Shown here one piece after another: positions 52,526 through 61,869 of a DNA stretch of 64,000 nucleotides. The DNA comes from Candidatus Woesearchaeota archaeon (GTDB taxonomy: Archaea; Nanobdellota; Nanobdellia; SCGC-AAA011-G17; UBA489). Both the position numbers and the translations under genes were made by a program. Under the pieces are notes generated by a model that saw only the letters and a program-made list of their open reading frames with translations, searched no databases and was not told where the DNA came from. The stretch lies in NCBI GenBank assembly GCA_964367375.1, contig CAYIXG010000001.1, positions 3,905-67,904 on the forward strand, given 5' to 3'. The number at the start of each line of letters is the position of its first letter. Positions within the stretch are counted from its first letter, which is position 1.

Positions 52526-53267
52526 GAAGAACTTATATGTAATTAGTGGAGCTCATGGGTCAGGAAAATCGACGCTTGTCAAAAGAGTCAGTGATCATTT
52601 AAAGGAAACTGGTGTGCCATTTGTATCTGTTTCAGAAGTTGCAAGATTATGCCCTTATCCAGTAGGTGAGAAGTCTACATCGCTCGCACAACAGTGGATT
52701 TTGTATCATCAAGCATTTACTGAGATAATTCTTGGACAGTTAAGATTGCCTGTTATTCTTGATAGATGTGTTGTTGATCATTATTCATATTATATTCATT
52801 GGAATGCCGGTCCTGAGATCTTCTTAGAGTCTTTCTTAGATAGATATCAGAGAGTGTTTAAACTTCCAGCAAGGAGAGAGTTTCTTGTCTCTGATGGGTT
52901 GCGACCAATTGATATTGAATACCAAAGGAAGATTGATCGTGTTATTACTGCTATGTATGGTAAGAGTGATAGGGGAAAGGATTGGTATGTAAATCTTGAT
53001 CCTACTAAAGATGAGAGTATTGCTCTAGTAGAAAGGGAAGTGAGGAGGTATACAAAGGGTGTTTCATCGTTAGTAAGATGGCCTGATTTGGGTGAGGTGG
53101 TGAATGGTGAGTTAGAAATTGTTTCTACTCTTGATTCTGAATCCGTGTCTGGAATTATTGCAAGTATATTATCTTTTTGTGGTACTTCAGGTTATATAGT
53201 AAGAGTTATCAATGCTCCTGATTCAATCAAAAAGCATCTAGTAGAACAAGGGTTAGTCAATACATAA
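52518..53267 (+). CDS. P-loop nucleotide/nucleoside-kinase-like protein (dTMP-kinase/dNK fold)
   Basis: Walker A ISGAHGSGKSTLV. DRCVVDHYSYYIHWNAG resembles the DRY/DRS lid-region motif of thymidylate and deoxynucleoside kinases. The start overlaps the rSAM stop by 8 nt. Confidence 0.5.
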   Translation: MFEKNLYVISGAHGSGKSTLVKRVSDHLKETGVPFVSVSEVARLCPYPVGEKSTSLAQQWILYHQAFTEIILGQLRLPVILDRCVVDHYSYYIHWNAGPEIFLESFLDRYQRVFKLPARREFLVSDGLRPIDIEYQRKIDRVITAMYGKSDRGKDWYVNLDPTKDESIALVEREVRRYTKGVSSLVRWPDLGEVVNGELEIVSTLDSESVSGIIASILSFCGTSGYIVRVINAPDSIKKHLVEQGLVNT

Positions 53268-53687
53268 TTTTTTATCTTGATCGATTTTGAAGTGAATTTT
53301 TTTGTTTCTATAGGCTTGTAGTGCTTCTTTTGCGAAGGGGAGTAATTGGTCTTCTACTTCGTATGGATGGATCCAAAAGGCAGTTGCTTCTTCAGTATCA
53401 GTTGGGTTGCCATCTCCTTTCCCATATAGTAATAATACTACTCTATGATCTTTAACACTTTTGTTTCTGAGTTCGCAAAAACCAATTGGGCGCAATGAGT
53501 CGGCTGGTATTTTAATACCTGTTTCTTCGAAGATTTCTCTTGCTGCACCTTGGTTTGACCATTCTCCAAATCTGAGACCTCCTCCAGGAATGGATAATTT
53601 ATTAACATAAGGGCCTTTTTTCAGTTTAATAAAGAGAAGCTTGCCTTGATCGTTTTCTACGATTGCATTGACGTTCAAACGAAGCAT
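53253..53687 (-). CDS. NUDIX hydrolase
   Basis: GGGLRFGEWSNQGAAREIFEETGI (Nudix box); 144 aa. Convergent with the kinase-like gene, with a 15-nt overlap. Confidence 0.75.
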   Translation of the reverse strand: MLRLNVNAIVENDQGKLLFIKLKKGPYVNKLSIPGGGLRFGEWSNQGAAREIFEETGIKIPADSLRPIGFCELRNKSVKDHRVVLLLYGKGDGNPTDTEEATAFWIHPYEVEDQLLPFAKEALQAYRNKKIHFKIDQDKKLCID

Positions 53688-53922
53688 AAAACTATGTCAT
53701 TTCTACTATTTATAAAATTATTGGGAAAGAGAACTCTGTAGAAAGTTTCACTAAAATTATTAATTGATGAGCGTTTCGTTATCTCTTAAAAACTTAAACG
53801 ATAACTAAAGATGTTCTCATGGCAGTTTACATAGATAAAAGCTTTCAGCAAAATAATTCAGAGCCTTCTATAGAGCGAGGAGTGAGTGAACATTTAAATA
53901 ACTTGCTTTTCTCTAACTGAGG

Positions 53923-54969
53923 ATGGAAGAATATCTTTTTGTCTTGGGAAGGGATCACGTGTTGAGCGTCGCAGAACTCTTTTCCTACTTCAAGAGAAAG
54001 CACATCAAGCATGAGTTGAAATATAAGGATAGCGCTGTTGCGTTGTTTTTGCTTGAAAAACTTCCAAATATTAATGAGCTTGGCGGCACAGTGAAGATTG
54101 CAAAAAAGGTTGACCTCAAGAGTATTGTTCCGGAGAAGAATAAGGTCTTGTTTTCCTTCACATCTGTCGATAAGAAAGATATACTGTTAGAGGAGGTGAA
54201 AGATTTCTTTAAGAGCGAGAAAGTGAAGGCCATGCAGAAGTATGCGCAAACAATAAACATTCCTCCGTCAAAGTCCGGAATGCTAGACTATGAATTTCTG
54301 CAGTTCAGAAAGCGGTTGTTTCAAGTGGTGAGTGTTTCAAATCCAAAAGGATACAAGGAGCGCGATGAAAATCGCCCTGCGTTTGACGCAATGAAAGTAA
54401 TTTCCATTCGGCTTGCAAAGATCTTGATTAACTTGGCTGAGGCAGAGGAAGAGATTGTGGATCCTTTTTGTGGAACAGGAACAATATTGCAGGAAGCAGT
54501 ATTGCTTGGATATAAGGGAATTGGCATTGATAGGAATATTGTTGAGGCGAAGAGAAACATTTCTTGGTTAGGTGAGCATGCTGCACAAAAGGTGCGGCTG
54601 ATCGAGGGGGATGCACGAAATATCTCTGCATTGATCAAGAGGGGAGAAGCAGTAGTGACTGAACCGTATTTGGGCCCGTATTTGCGGAAGCTTCCTTCAC
54701 AAGGAGAGGCGAAGAAGATTATTGCTGAGCTTGAAGTGTTGTATAAGCACGTGTTGAAAGAGCTTGCGAAAGTGATTTCTGGAAGGGTAGTTATCATTCT
54801 TCCGCGTATTCGCACCTTTACGCAAAAGTATGGTATTCAGGAAGATATCATTGGAAATGCAGGCTATAGGCCTGTCAAGCTTCCTGAGGGAATCCCAAAC
54901 CCTATCTTTTATAGGAAGAAGAGGAGTCGGGTAGAACGCTTTATTTACGTTCTCGAAAAGCTTAAATAG
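53923..54969 (+). CDS. THUMP-domain RNA methyltransferase (Trm14/RlmL-like N2-guanine MTase family)
   Basis: N-terminal THUMP-like region, then motif I VDPFCGTGTILQEA and motif IV-like VVTEPYLG (the (D/N)PP(Y/F) equivalent). Confidence 0.55.
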   Translation: MEEYLFVLGRDHVLSVAELFSYFKRKHIKHELKYKDSAVALFLLEKLPNINELGGTVKIAKKVDLKSIVPEKNKVLFSFTSVDKKDILLEEVKDFFKSEKVKAMQKYAQTINIPPSKSGMLDYEFLQFRKRLFQVVSVSNPKGYKERDENRPAFDAMKVISIRLAKILINLAEAEEEIVDPFCGTGTILQEAVLLGYKGIGIDRNIVEAKRNISWLGEHAAQKVRLIEGDARNISALIKRGEAVVTEPYLGPYLRKLPSQGEAKKIIAELEVLYKHVLKELAKVISGRVVIILPRIRTFTQKYGIQEDIIGNAGYRPVKLPEGIPNPIFYRKKRSRVERFIYVLEKLK

Positions 54970-54992
54970 CCTCTGGTTGAGAATGCTTTTGA

Positions 54993-55184
54993 ATGGGAAG
55001 AATCAAGACACAGCTGATTAAGAGAACGAGCATGAAGTTGTACAAGCTGCATAAGAATAAATTTTCGACTGATTTTGATAAGAATAAGGTAGCAGTGCAG
55101 GGTGTATTGATAACGAAGTATAAGAAGATGCGAAATATTGTTGCGGGGTATATTACGCGCTTGGTGAAGAAGAATACAGATTAA
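54993..55184 (+). CDS. rps17e: 30S ribosomal protein S17e
   Basis: MGRIKTQLIKRTSMKLYKLHKNKFSTDFDKNK... Confidence 0.8.
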   Translation: MGRIKTQLIKRTSMKLYKLHKNKFSTDFDKNKVAVQGVLITKYKKMRNIVAGYITRLVKKNTD

Positions 55185-55263
55185 AGGGATGCGATACGCT
55201 TAAATAGTTTTAAAAGAAAAGAAGTTTCAGGGAGAGGTTCTATAAACGACTGGGGGTATACTT

Positions 55264-55593
55264 ATGGCAGAAGATAACAGTGATCAGCAACCTGAGGAAA
55301 AACAGCAAAGAGGCAGTAATGACAATGTGGTGTTTATTGGCGGAAAGCCATTCATGAATTATGTGACAGGAGTTGTCATGCAGTTCACCACTCAAGGTGC
55401 GAATGAAATTATCATTAAGGCTCGGGGGAAGTTTATCAGCAGGGCTGTGGACATCGCAGAAGTAGCGACAAAGAGGTTCTTGGAAGAGCAGGTGTTTGTG
55501 AAGGATATTAAGATTGATAGTGAAGAATTTAAGAACAAGGAAGGGAAGCAGGTGCGCGTGTCAACAATAGAGCTTACCCTAGGAAGAAAATAA
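55264..55593 (+). CDS. albA: DNA/RNA-binding protein Alba
   Basis: NVVFIGGKPFMNYVTGVVMQF...EIIIKARGKFISRAVDIAEV...VSTIELTL matches the Alba (Sso10b) fold along its whole length. Confidence 0.8.
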   Translation: MAEDNSDQQPEEKQQRGSNDNVVFIGGKPFMNYVTGVVMQFTTQGANEIIIKARGKFISRAVDIAEVATKRFLEEQVFVKDIKIDSEEFKNKEGKQVRVSTIELTLGRK

Positions 55594-55660
55594 TTTCTTG
55601 TTTTGTCCGAGAGTAAGGTTTATAACTCGTTAGTACTCTAAAAAGTCAAGAGGTGATGGA

Positions 55661-57352
55661 ATGGGAAGCATATTTCTTGAGATTGGGATCATTCTCATTG
55701 CAACAACCATTCTTGTCCTTTTATTTCGTTTTCTGAAGCAGCCTCCGATGCTCGCGTACATTGTTTCTGGCTTGATCATGGGCCCTTTGGTGTTTAACAT
55801 TATTAAAAACCAAGAGATTCTTTCCAGTTTTTCCCAAATAGGGATTGCGTTCTTATTGTTTATTGTCGGTTTAAGTTTAAATATCAACATTTTGCGTGAA
55901 GTGGGAAAGGTTTCGGTCATTGCAGGCATTGGCCAAGTGCTTTTCACTGGATTATTAGGGTGGTATGTGGGAACATGGATTGGATTTTCCGCCTTGGAAT
56001 CAATGTATTTGGGTGTTGCGCTTGCGTTCAGCAGCACTATTATCGTGATCAAGCTCTTGTCTGATAGTAATGACTTGGAAACATTGCATGGAAAGATTGC
56101 AGTGGGATTTTTGCTTGTCCAAGATGCGATTGCAGTGTTCTTGTTGATTCTTCTCAGCAGTTTTAACGCAGACGGCTTGGGAATTAATATTGGAATAACT
56201 ATTATTAAAGGAATTATTGTGTGTGGAATTGCATTTCTTGCAAGTAAATTGTTTGTCACGAATCTTTTTGAGAAGGTTGCTCGTGCTCCAGATACTCTTT
56301 TTATCACTGCCATTTCGTGGTGTTTTGCGCTTGCCACCATTTCATATGGTCTTGGTTTTACTCTGGAGATGGGTGCATTTCTTGCAGGCGTCAGTTTAGC
56401 GTCATTGCCCTATAGTGTTGAGATATCGAACAAGATTAAGCCGCTTCGCGATTTCTTCATCATTCTCTTTTTTGTAGGCATTGGCTCATCAGTTGTACTG
56501 CCAAATCTTCAAGAACAGTTGATAACAATCATCGTGTTGTCTCTGTTTGTGCTTGTAGGGAAGCCGTTGATTGTGGTAATCATAATGAGCATTCTCGGAT
56601 TCAAGAGCAGAACAGGTGTTTTGTCAGGTGTTGCAATTGCCCAGATTAGTGAGTTTAGCTTGATTTTAGTTGCGGTGGGAATGCAGCTCGGGCATGTGTC
56701 TGCTGCAGTAGTTTCAATAGTCTCTGCAGTAGGTATTGTAACCATTGCAGCGTCAACCTACATGATCACATACAATGAGAAGTTGTTTGCATTTTTTTCA
56801 AAATATGTGAAGTGGATGGAAAGGAAGGATATTTTTGAGAAGAAATTGTCGTTGCATCACGAGTCAAAGCAGTATGATGTGATCTTGCTTGGTCAGCATA
56901 GAATAGGATATAGCATCTTAAAAAATTTGATACAAAAGAAGGAAAGGTTGTTGGTTGTGGATTATAATCCGACAATTGTGAAGGATTTGATTGCAAAGAA
57001 GATTCCGTGTATTTATGGTGATGTTGCTGATCCTGATATTTTGGGAGAATTAAGGAAATACAAGCCGAAGATCGTTATTTCAACGATTCACTTGTTTGAG
57101 GATAATCTTCTGGTAACAAAGATCTTCAGGAAGCTGGGAAGGAATATCACGTTGATTGTGACGGCAAGCACAATTAAGAAGGCATTGGAATTGTATGCTG
57201 ATGGTGCAGATTATGTAATCATTCCTCATATTTTGGGAGGGGAGAAAGTGTCGAGCATGTTGCGATCAACGATTGCGGATAAGCGAAAGTTAAAGATATT
57301 GAAGAGTAAGCATATTAAGGAATTGTTGAACGCGGAAATTCCTCAACAGTAA
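55661..57352 (+). CDS. Cation:proton antiporter (CPA2/Kef-type) with C-terminal TrkA-N (KTN) domain
   Basis: 12-13 TM helices with Kef/NapA-like motifs (GPLVFNIIKN, ISEFSLILVAVG). C-terminal Rossmann VILLGQHRIGYSILKNL...VVDYNPTIV. Confidence 0.7.
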   Translation: MGSIFLEIGIILIATTILVLLFRFLKQPPMLAYIVSGLIMGPLVFNIIKNQEILSSFSQIGIAFLLFIVGLSLNINILREVGKVSVIAGIGQVLFTGLLGWYVGTWIGFSALESMYLGVALAFSSTIIVIKLLSDSNDLETLHGKIAVGFLLVQDAIAVFLLILLSSFNADGLGINIGITIIKGIIVCGIAFLASKLFVTNLFEKVARAPDTLFITAISWCFALATISYGLGFTLEMGAFLAGVSLASLPYSVEISNKIKPLRDFFIILFFVGIGSSVVLPNLQEQLITIIVLSLFVLVGKPLIVVIIMSILGFKSRTGVLSGVAIAQISEFSLILVAVGMQLGHVSAAVVSIVSAVGIVTIAASTYMITYNEKLFAFFSKYVKWMERKDIFEKKLSLHHESKQYDVILLGQHRIGYSILKNLIQKKERLLVVDYNPTIVKDLIAKKIPCIYGDVADPDILGELRKYKPKIVISTIHLFEDNLLVTKIFRKLGRNITLIVTASTIKKALELYADGADYVIIPHILGGEKVSSMLRSTIADKRKLKILKSKHIKELLNAEIPQQ

Positions 57353-57394
57353 TCCCTCAAAAGAGTTATAAAGAAGCGTTTCATTGGTGAGGAG

Positions 57395-58300
57395 ATGGAA
57401 TATCCTTTGGTTGTTTCTCATCTGAGAAAGTCGTATAAGGCAGGGCGAGAAGTAGTGCACGCAGTGCGTGATGTCTCGTTTAAAGTGAGGAGGGGGGAAA
57501 TTTTTGGATTGCTCGGGCCAAATGGTGCAGGAAAAACGACAACGATTAACATGCTAACTGGTATTTTAACGCCAGATAGTGGGACAGTGAAGTTTTTTGG
57601 AATGTCTGAATGTGAAGAAACAAGAAATAGGATTAACACGGCAACTGCGTATAATAATCTCAATGGAGTTATTACAGTGCAGCAAAACTTGAGGGTGTAT
57701 GCGAAGATGTATAATATAAGAAATGCGAATGCTGTTATTGATGATCTGTTGCAGAAGTTTGAAATCAATGATTTAAGGAATAGAAGGGTGTATGATCTTT
57801 CGTCTGGTCAGAAAACAAGGGTGAATTTGTGTAAAAGCTTGATTAACAGCCCTGATCTAATATTCTTGGATGAGGCGACTGCTGGTTTAGATCCGCATAT
57901 TGCGCATGAGGTGAGGAAGAAGATTAAGGAATTAAAAACGACAGTGATTTTTACGTCTCATATTATGTATGAGGTTGAGGAGTTGTGTAACAGGGTTGCT
58001 TTTTTGAGCAAGGGAAAGATTTTGAAGATTGACACGCCAGAAAAAATAAGGGGAATGATCAAGGAAAACGTGATTATTGTGGAGTTTTTGTCTGAGCCAA
58101 GAAATGCAGAGCGGATTTTACAAGACTTGAATGTTGTGGGAAAGTCAAAAAATAAGGTTATTATTAAGCTGAAAGGAAAGGAAGATCTTGATAAGATAGT
58201 GCATAAACTTGTCACATCAGGATTTAAGATTCGGGATTTGCATGTGAAGAAGCCGACGCTTGACGAGATTTTTATCAGGGTTGCGAAGGGTGCGTTATGA
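57395..58300 (+). CDS. ABC transporter ATP-binding protein
   Basis: Walker A GPNGAGKTT, signature LSSGQKTRV, Walker B LIFLDEATAGLD. Confidence 0.85.
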   Translation: MEYPLVVSHLRKSYKAGREVVHAVRDVSFKVRRGEIFGLLGPNGAGKTTTINMLTGILTPDSGTVKFFGMSECEETRNRINTATAYNNLNGVITVQQNLRVYAKMYNIRNANAVIDDLLQKFEINDLRNRRVYDLSSGQKTRVNLCKSLINSPDLIFLDEATAGLDPHIAHEVRKKIKELKTTVIFTSHIMYEVEELCNRVAFLSKGKILKIDTPEKIRGMIKENVIIVEFLSEPRNAERILQDLNVVGKSKNKVIIKLKGKEDLDKIVHKLVTSGFKIRDLHVKKPTLDEIFIRVAKGAL

Positions 58301-59076
58301 GGTGGCATAGAATTCAGGCGATGTTGATGAAGTATTGGTATATTTCAAGAAATAGCCTGGACAGGATTTTTGATGTGGTGTACTGGCCGGTCATTGGGGT
58401 CATCGTGTTTGGATTCACGACTCTCTATTTGGAGAAGGCGGCAGGGGTGCCAAATGTAATTATTTTCTTGCTTGGAGGAATGCTGATGTGGAATTTGTTT
58501 GAAAGAATTTCGCAGGATGTGGGAGTATATATTTTAGAGGAGTTTTGGAGTCATAATGTTGCAAACACGTTTGTCACGCCATTGAAAGAGTCGGAATTGT
58601 TTGTTGCCTTGTGCATTGTGGGTTTTATTAGATCTTTGATAAGCTTTACAGTGATGGTTGGTATTGCATTAATAGGGTATCAGTTTAACTTTTTTAATGG
58701 GGGACTCATCTCTCTACTCTTTGTGATTCCGCTATTCCTGTTTGCGTGGGGTCTTGGTCTTTTAATGTCTGGCATGATTTTCCGTTTTGGAATGCGTATT
58801 CAAGTGTTTGTGTGGGGTGTAAGCTATTTGTTGCAGCCGCTTGCAGCAGCATATTATCCTGTGGAAACATTGCCAGTGGTATTGCAAAAGGCTGCTCTTT
58901 TTACGCCATTAGTATATGTCTTTCAGGGATTTCGTCTTTCGTATGGGGGAGCGTTTTCAGTTCAGTATCTTCTGGCTGCGCTTGGATTAAGTGTTGTGTA
59001 TCTTGTGATAGGATACTTTATCTTTACAAGGTGTGTAAAAAAGGCGAGAAGGTCTGGCTTGTTGACAAAGTATTAA
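58297..59076 (+). CDS. ABC-2 type transporter permease
   Basis: 6-TM permease coupled by a 4-nt overlap to the preceding ATPase gene. Confidence 0.7.
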   Translation: MRWHRIQAMLMKYWYISRNSLDRIFDVVYWPVIGVIVFGFTTLYLEKAAGVPNVIIFLLGGMLMWNLFERISQDVGVYILEEFWSHNVANTFVTPLKESELFVALCIVGFIRSLISFTVMVGIALIGYQFNFFNGGLISLLFVIPLFLFAWGLGLLMSGMIFRFGMRIQVFVWGVSYLLQPLAAAYYPVETLPVVLQKAALFTPLVYVFQGFRLSYGGAFSVQYLLAALGLSVVYLVIGYFIFTRCVKKARRSGLLTKY

Positions 59077-59114
59077 GCGATAGACTTTTATAATACGATG
59101 ACACAGCATATATA

Positions 59115-59393
59115 ATGAATATAAAAGAATTTGTAAAGATAACTAAAGCAAAGATATTTTTGTTTCTTATTGTGTTTGCAGCGTCAAGTATTCCTCGACG
59201 GGCAAATGTGGTTGATGCAGTCATTACATACACTGGTTTTCCGTTTCCATATATTACTGCAGTTACAGGAGCAAAACTAAATCAGCTTCCAGTAACAAAC
59301 TATGCTTTTTCATTGCTTGGATTAGCAATAGATGTTCTTGTATTATATATTGTTGTTGCGATAATAGTCTCTCTTATAAGAAAGATGAAGTAA
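59115..59393 (+). CDS. Small membrane protein (hypothetical)
   Basis: 92 aa, 3 predicted TM helices. Confidence 0.3.
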   Translation: MNIKEFVKITKAKIFLFLIVFAASSIPRRANVVDAVITYTGFPFPYITAVTGAKLNQLPVTNYAFSLLGLAIDVLVLYIVVAIIVSLIRKMK

Positions 59394-59397
59394 AAAG

Positions 59398-59472
59398 TGC
59401 CTTGGGGCGGATTTGAACCGCCGACCCTCGCCTTATGAAAGCGATGCTCCAGCCAGGCTGAGCTACCAAGGC
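59398..59472 (-). tRNA. tRNA-Met(CAU), elongator type
   Basis: Revcomp GCCTTGG-TA-GCTC-AGCCTGGCTG-GAGC-A-TCGCT-TTCATAA-GGCGA-GGGTC-GGCGG-TTCAAAT-CCGCC-CCAAGGC-A; G1:C72. Confidence 0.75.
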
Positions 59473-59513
59473 ATCCACAAACCTTTTAAAAAGCTCTATA
59501 AAAGGATTTCTCT

Positions 59514-60113
59514 ATGAGAGATGAAGGAAAGAAGGCAAGGAAGTCAGAATATCCGATTGGTGATTTATTTTTGAATAGGTGGTCTCCTCGTGCAATGGCA
59601 AGCGAAAGTCTTGATGATGAGGATGTGTTTGCCTTGTTTGAGGCTGCGAAGTGGGCTCCGTCATCATATAATAATCAGCCCTGGAGGTTTATTGTTGCGC
59701 GAACGGAAAAAGATAGGAAAGTGTTCATAAATTTAATGGGTGCGTTTAATCAGCAGTGGGCTGGCAAGGCTCCGGTATTAATAGTGGTGCTTGCAAAGAA
59801 AACCTTTGATCATAATAACAAGCCTGCAGCGACGGCAATGTTTGATGCAGGTGCTGCGTGGGAAAATTTGGCATTAGAAGGGACGCGTCGGGGATTGGTA
59901 GTGCATGCAATGGAAGGGTTTGATTATGAGAAGACGCGAAAAGAGCTGGGTGTTCCTGATGACTATGCTGTTTGTTGCATGGTTGCCATTGGAAAGCCAG
60001 GAAAGAAGGAGGATCTTCCGAAAGAGATGCAGGAGCGTGAAAAGCCTTCTGAGAGAAAGCCGTTGAAAGAATTATTATTTGAAGGGAAGTTTGGAAAGAA
60101 ATTACTGGAGTAA
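59514..60113 (+). CDS. Nitroreductase-family flavoprotein
   Basis: RWSPRAM...APSSYNNQPWRFIV... Confidence 0.75.
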   Translation: MRDEGKKARKSEYPIGDLFLNRWSPRAMASESLDDEDVFALFEAAKWAPSSYNNQPWRFIVARTEKDRKVFINLMGAFNQQWAGKAPVLIVVLAKKTFDHNNKPAATAMFDAGAAWENLALEGTRRGLVVHAMEGFDYEKTRKELGVPDDYAVCCMVAIGKPGKKEDLPKEMQEREKPSERKPLKELLFEGKFGKKLLE

Positions 60114-60506
60114 CTTTTTAATGGCTTGTGCGACTTGTGCTTCTTCTCCTTTGGTGTATGTGCCATGTGGCCAGTTGATTAACCCATCCTGAGCAAATCG
60201 GGGGATTACATGAAAGTGAATATGGTTCACAACTTGTCCTGCTGCTCTCCCGTTGTTTTGGCCGATGGTGACTCCTTCTGCATAGGATGCGAGTGCATGT
60301 GTTACTTTTTTGAGGAGGGGCATAACCTCTGCGAGAACTGCATGAGGGGTATCTATTATGTTTTCATAATGCTCTTTCGGAATAATTAAAGTATGGCCTT
60401 TGCTGATAGGAGCAATATCAAGAAAGGCAAGTGCTTTTGGTGTTTCATCTATTTTTGTGCAAGGAATATCTCCTTTCACGATCTTGCAAAAGACGCAGTC
60501 TGTCAT
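60102..60506 (-). CDS. HIT (histidine triad) family hydrolase
   Basis: CVFCKIV...HTLIIPKEH...QVVNHIHFHVIPR (HxHxHxx motif). Confidence 0.8.
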   Translation of the reverse strand: MTDCVFCKIVKGDIPCTKIDETPKALAFLDIAPISKGHTLIIPKEHYENIIDTPHAVLAEVMPLLKKVTHALASYAEGVTIGQNNGRAAGQVVNHIHFHVIPRFAQDGLINWPHGTYTKGEEAQVAQAIKKLLQ

Positions 60507-60550
60507 AGGTATAAGAAGGAAATACTTCTTTAAAAAGCTTCGTGCGAATG

Positions 60551-60973
60551 TTATGCGGATTGAGATGCAGCAAGTCGTTCGAGTTCGTTGGTGACGACTG
60601 GAATTGAGATTGTCTGGAATTGTCGATATTGGTGCATGTTTCCAATAGGGTCTCGAACAAAATGTTCATAGAAATCTAGTGTAAAGTCCACTTTCAGGAA
60701 AAAGAGAGTGTATTGTAGTAAGGGGTTTACGCAGATGCTCAGGGGAATTCCTCTAGTATCTCGGGAATAGTTAATGTCATGAGATTGTGTGCCTTGCCAG
60801 GAAGGTCGTGTTTCAAAGGTGAGGGCATCCGTCCTGTGAGCGACTCTCACTCCTTGTTTGGCGATGTGTTGGAGATCTGAAAAAGAGGTGATATTTCTTG
60901 TGCGAAAGAAGGCAAGAATGTGTGTTGCTGCAATAGTAAGGTCTTTTCGTGTGCATGGTAAGATGGTTGTCAT
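60551..60973 (-). CDS. Hypothetical protein
   Basis: 140 aa, no confident motif. Confidence 0.3.
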   Translation of the reverse strand: MTTILPCTRKDLTIAATHILAFFRTRNITSFSDLQHIAKQGVRVAHRTDALTFETRPSWQGTQSHDINYSRDTRGIPLSICVNPLLQYTLFFLKVDFTLDFYEHFVRDPIGNMHQYRQFQTISIPVVTNELERLAASQSA

Positions 60974-61050
60974 AACAAAAGAGAGTAAAGGGAAACCTTT
61001 TAATGGTTTCTGAAATAACTATTACTATCTAGTATAAATGAAAGAGTGGA

Positions 61051-61124
61051 TGGACCAGTCGGGATTCGAACCCGAGGCCCCCACCGTGCGAGGGTGGTGC
61101 TCTACCAGGCTGAGCTACTGGCCC
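61051..61124 (-). tRNA. tRNA-Ala(CGC)
   Basis: Revcomp GGGCCAG-TA-GCTC-AGCCTGGTA-GAGC-A-CCACC-CTCGCAC-GGTGG-GGGCC-TCGGG-TTCGAAT-CCCGA-CTGGTCC-A. The G3:U70 Ala identity pair is present. Confidence 0.75.
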
Positions 61125-61167
61125 ATGGAAGAAGCTTGCGAGAATGTTGTTTAAAAATCCATCGGCA

Positions 61168-61860
61168 CTAGAGTGAACCATTCACTGTTTGTATGTAGGA
61201 AAGTACTTGTTTCAAATTTTTTATTGCATGATCATATGTTTTCTTCCGTCGTTCGATGAGGAGTGCGTGCATGCCTATCTTTTTTGCAGGAAGATAATCT
61301 TTTTCGTATGTGTCTCCAATCATGATTGCTTCTGATGGTTTCACTTTAAATACGTGTAATACTACTTTGAATAAGGAGAGGTGTGGTTTTCTTTTGCCAT
61401 GTTCTGCAGAGATAATCATGTGGTCTGCATATGTGCTTAATCCTATAGTGTCAAAATGATATCGTCCATGTTGGCCCCAGTTAGTAATAAATGCAATCTT
61501 ATATCCTTTGTTCTGTAATGTTCTCAAAACATTTCTCGTTTCTTTGTAATAATGGAGGTGTTTGTGAGCATGACGGTTTTGGAGCATTTTTTCTTTGAAG
61601 AAATGAAAGAATTCGTCGCTGTTTTGGATAATTCTGACCCCAATGCGCTTCATATAAAGGCGAACTGCTTTGTTGACCTCTTTGTGGATTTTGACATCGA
61701 AGATTTCTGCGCGAAGCTTACCAAAGAGGAGATTTTTATTCAGTCCATATTTTTGGCAAAGAGTATCATGGTGAGAAGGATGGAACAATCTCTGAAATGG
61801 TCTTTTATCATAGATTAATGTGTTTCCAACATCAAAACATACCAGTTTGATTTTTTTCAT
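61168..61860 (-). CDS. HAD-superfamily hydrolase
   Basis: Motif I LVCFDVGNTL, motif II ITNWG, and motif III/IV K...MIGDTYEKD. Confidence 0.7.
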   Translation of the reverse strand: MKKIKLVCFDVGNTLIYDKRPFQRLFHPSHHDTLCQKYGLNKNLLFGKLRAEIFDVKIHKEVNKAVRLYMKRIGVRIIQNSDEFFHFFKEKMLQNRHAHKHLHYYKETRNVLRTLQNKGYKIAFITNWGQHGRYHFDTIGLSTYADHMIISAEHGKRKPHLSLFKVVLHVFKVKPSEAIMIGDTYEKDYLPAKKIGMHALLIERRKKTYDHAIKNLKQVLSYIQTVNGSL

Positions 61861-61869
61861 AGGAAAGAC

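Noticed and set aside
55630-56340. 236-aa minus-strand ORF overlapping the 5' half of the CPA2 antiporter gene
   Set aside because: It is antisense to a gene with clear transporter features, and its own translation has no motifs.
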